The translations under genes and the position numbers were made by a program. Shown here piece by piece: positions 37,845 through 39,410 of a stretch of 39,410 bases of DNA; the first letter of the stretch is position 1; each line of letters opens with the position of its first letter. The stretch is from the NCBI GenBank assembly GCA_030017935.1, contig JASEGF010000001.1:1-39410 (forward strand), read 5' to 3'. This DNA comes from Bacteroidales bacterium (lineage in GTDB: Bacteria > Bacteroidota > Bacteroidia > Bacteroidales > DTU049). The notes beneath the pieces are model-generated. The model made no database searches, was not told the DNA's origin, and worked only from the letters and a program-made list of their open reading frames with translations.

Positions 37845-38129
37845 TTACTCTTTTAACATTGCTATACATTTATCAATACGATTTATCATCTTTTTGATAT
37901 AACGAGTTGCTTGGTCAGTAGCGCCTTTTTCTTCAATTATTTTAGATACTTTTATATTTATTATTTCTTTATCTTTATTCATTAATTCATTCTTTAACTC
38001 TATAATTTCTCTACCAAGCGACTCATTTTCTTTTTTAAAATTTGTCACAGCATCTTTTAACTCACGATTTTGCAGCATTACCTCCCTGATTTTTATTTCT
38101 ATTTCAGAGATTAATACATCAAAATCCAT
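37845..38129 (-). CDS. Small coiled-coil protein (ZapB-like architecture), hypothetical
   Basis: 94 aa with heptad-rich Glu/Lys/Ile sequence. It lies 6 nt upstream of zapA. Confidence 0.45.
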   Translation of the reverse strand: MDFDVLISEIEIKIREVMLQNRELKDAVTNFKKENESLGREIIELKNELMNKDKEIINIKVSKIIEEKGATDQATRYIKKMINRIDKCIAMLKE

Positions 38130-38289
38130 TTTTTTACAAAATTAATAATTTTTTTTGAATTGTTATTAATTTATATAAATAAGGTAAATATCAATTATAA
38201 TTGTTTACAATACAACTAATTAAATAAAATAATTTTTTGCAAATGTAACTTTCAGCAATAAAATTCGTTACATATTTAAACTTTTTTTT

Positions 38290-39171
38290 ATGAAAATAAA
38301 ATTTTTAATTTTAATAAGTTTTTTAATCGTTTCCACATCTAATGCACAAAATTATCTACAAACTCTAAAAGATTTCGATAATTTGACATTAGATGGTGGT
38401 AATTATATTTTAAAAAAAGGTAATGGACAAATCAGTTATACACCAAATGATAATTATATAATTTCATATAAATATGATTCTATTACAAAAACATTAAATA
38501 TTAAAGTAAGAGCTCGAGAAAAGCTTAATTTTAAAAAAAATTCTGCACCATTAATAGAACTAACTGCACCATCATTAAAAAAAATTAAAATAAGCTCTGC
38601 AGCAAAGTTAGATGTAATAGATACCTTGTATAGCTCCTATTTTAACCTTGAAACCGAAGATGCTTCCTTTTGCAAACTTGCAATTATCAGCGATACTATT
38701 AAAATGGAAGCAGATGATGCTAGCAGCATAAAAGCTTATAATCAGGCTAAAAATTTATTTTTATCTGCAAAAGAGGCTAGTAAAATTGAAATACATGGAA
38801 AATGGGAAAATGTAAATATAAAAGCTCAAGAAGCCAGTAAAATAGACATCGAAGGTCAATGTAATAAATTAAAAATAAATGCTGAGGAAGCTAGCACTGT
38901 GAATGCTTCTAATTTATCAGCTAAAATAGGTGATGTGGCAGCCGAGGAAGCTAGTTCTGTAATAATTAACGTTAGCGACACTCTGCACAAGGTCGTCAGA
39001 GAAGCCTCATCAGTAACAAATTCATCAAATCCCAAAAAAATCATTGGTGCAAATAACATAAAAAATTACAATAAATTGGCAGAATTATTTTCCTTTTTAT
39101 TTTTTATGCCACTTTTATGGATTTTTGCTATTTTTTTAATTCCAATTATAATATTTGGATTTTTTTTGTAG
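38290..39171 (+). CDS. GIN-domain (DUF2807-like, beta-helical) protein with a C-terminal membrane anchor
   Basis: Signal peptide; periodic (E/D)(E/D)ASx(I/V) repeats roughly every 20 aa (EDASFCKL, DDASSIKA, KEASKIEI, QEASKIDI, EEASTVNA, EEASSVII, REASSVTN); hydrophobic C-terminus LFSFLFFMPLLWIFAIFLIPIIIFGFFL. Confidence 0.55.
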   Translation: MKIKFLILISFLIVSTSNAQNYLQTLKDFDNLTLDGGNYILKKGNGQISYTPNDNYIISYKYDSITKTLNIKVRAREKLNFKKNSAPLIELTAPSLKKIKISSAAKLDVIDTLYSSYFNLETEDASFCKLAIISDTIKMEADDASSIKAYNQAKNLFLSAKEASKIEIHGKWENVNIKAQEASKIDIEGQCNKLKINAEEASTVNASNLSAKIGDVAAEEASSVIINVSDTLHKVVREASSVTNSSNPKKIIGANNIKNYNKLAELFSFLFFMPLLWIFAIFLIPIIIFGFFL

Positions 39172-39315
39172 CAATCTATAAAAAAATTTTAATGTTTATC
39201 TAATCAATAGGAGATAGCTCAATGATTTGTGGAGATACAAATAGCAATGCGAGTGATAGTGTGGGATATTTTACTATATAAAATTAATGAATATTATCGA
39301 ATATATTTTTTTATA

Positions 39316-39380
39316 ATTTACTTTTCTTTGTCAGCCACACAAAGATAAATCTTCGCTGGGGAAATGATTTGATGGGTTTA
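39316..39380 (+). repeat. Direct repeat copy C (decayed 5' module of the 30355 element)
   Basis: ATTTACTTTTCTTTGTCAGCCACACAAAGA[about 13 nt deleted]TAAATCTTCGCTGGGGAAATGATTTGATGGGTTTA aligns with 30360-30463. The deletion removes the 3' half of the hairpin. The copy may continue beyond the window end. Confidence 0.7.
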
Positions 39381-39410
39381 AAATTTTAAAATTTATTCTT
39401 TTCCTAAACG

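Overview
AT-rich chromosomal segment that looks like Bacteroidota. Supporting signs: TAnnTTTG-type -7 promoter boxes upstream of many genes, a PorV-like gene, a T9SS C-terminal sorting domain, grpE-dnaJ without dnaK, and a type-B L31. Most of the window is housekeeping backbone: recA, bcp, an alpha-oxoamine synthase, rpmE, an M28 peptidase, terC, aspS, pepC, dnaJ, grpE, rny, zapA and tRNA-Asn.

Four regions are not ordinary:
1. 264-9524: a four-gene minus-strand operon. It encodes a 1228-aa TonB-dependent-type barrel with a carboxypeptidase-regulatory-like domain, a 1356-aa uncharacterised T9SS cargo and a PorV-like protein.
2. 28.1-31.3 kb, between aspS and pepC: a small accessory islet. It carries a 5'-truncated Rhs core plus C-terminal toxin cassette, tightly coupled to a lipoprotein (putative immunity) gene. 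It also carries further small secreted or MORN/YwqK-like (putative immunity) genes and an HU-gene fragment.
3. The islet is bracketed by about 75-nt direct repeats (28121 and 30355). The right-hand repeat is the 5' end of a roughly 350-nt, GC-enriched, multi-helix non-coding element (30355-30705). That element has RNase-P-like sequence blocks but not the canonical architecture. Decayed copies lie at 39215-39380.
4. Two homologous purine-rich heptamer-repeat elements lie in inverted orientation at 11.8 kb and 32.9 kb. Shorter purine-rich stretches flank a single IS1595-like transposase gene at 24 kb.

No CRISPR array, rRNA or complete prophage was seen. All product calls rest on motif recognition by eye. 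No database search was run.
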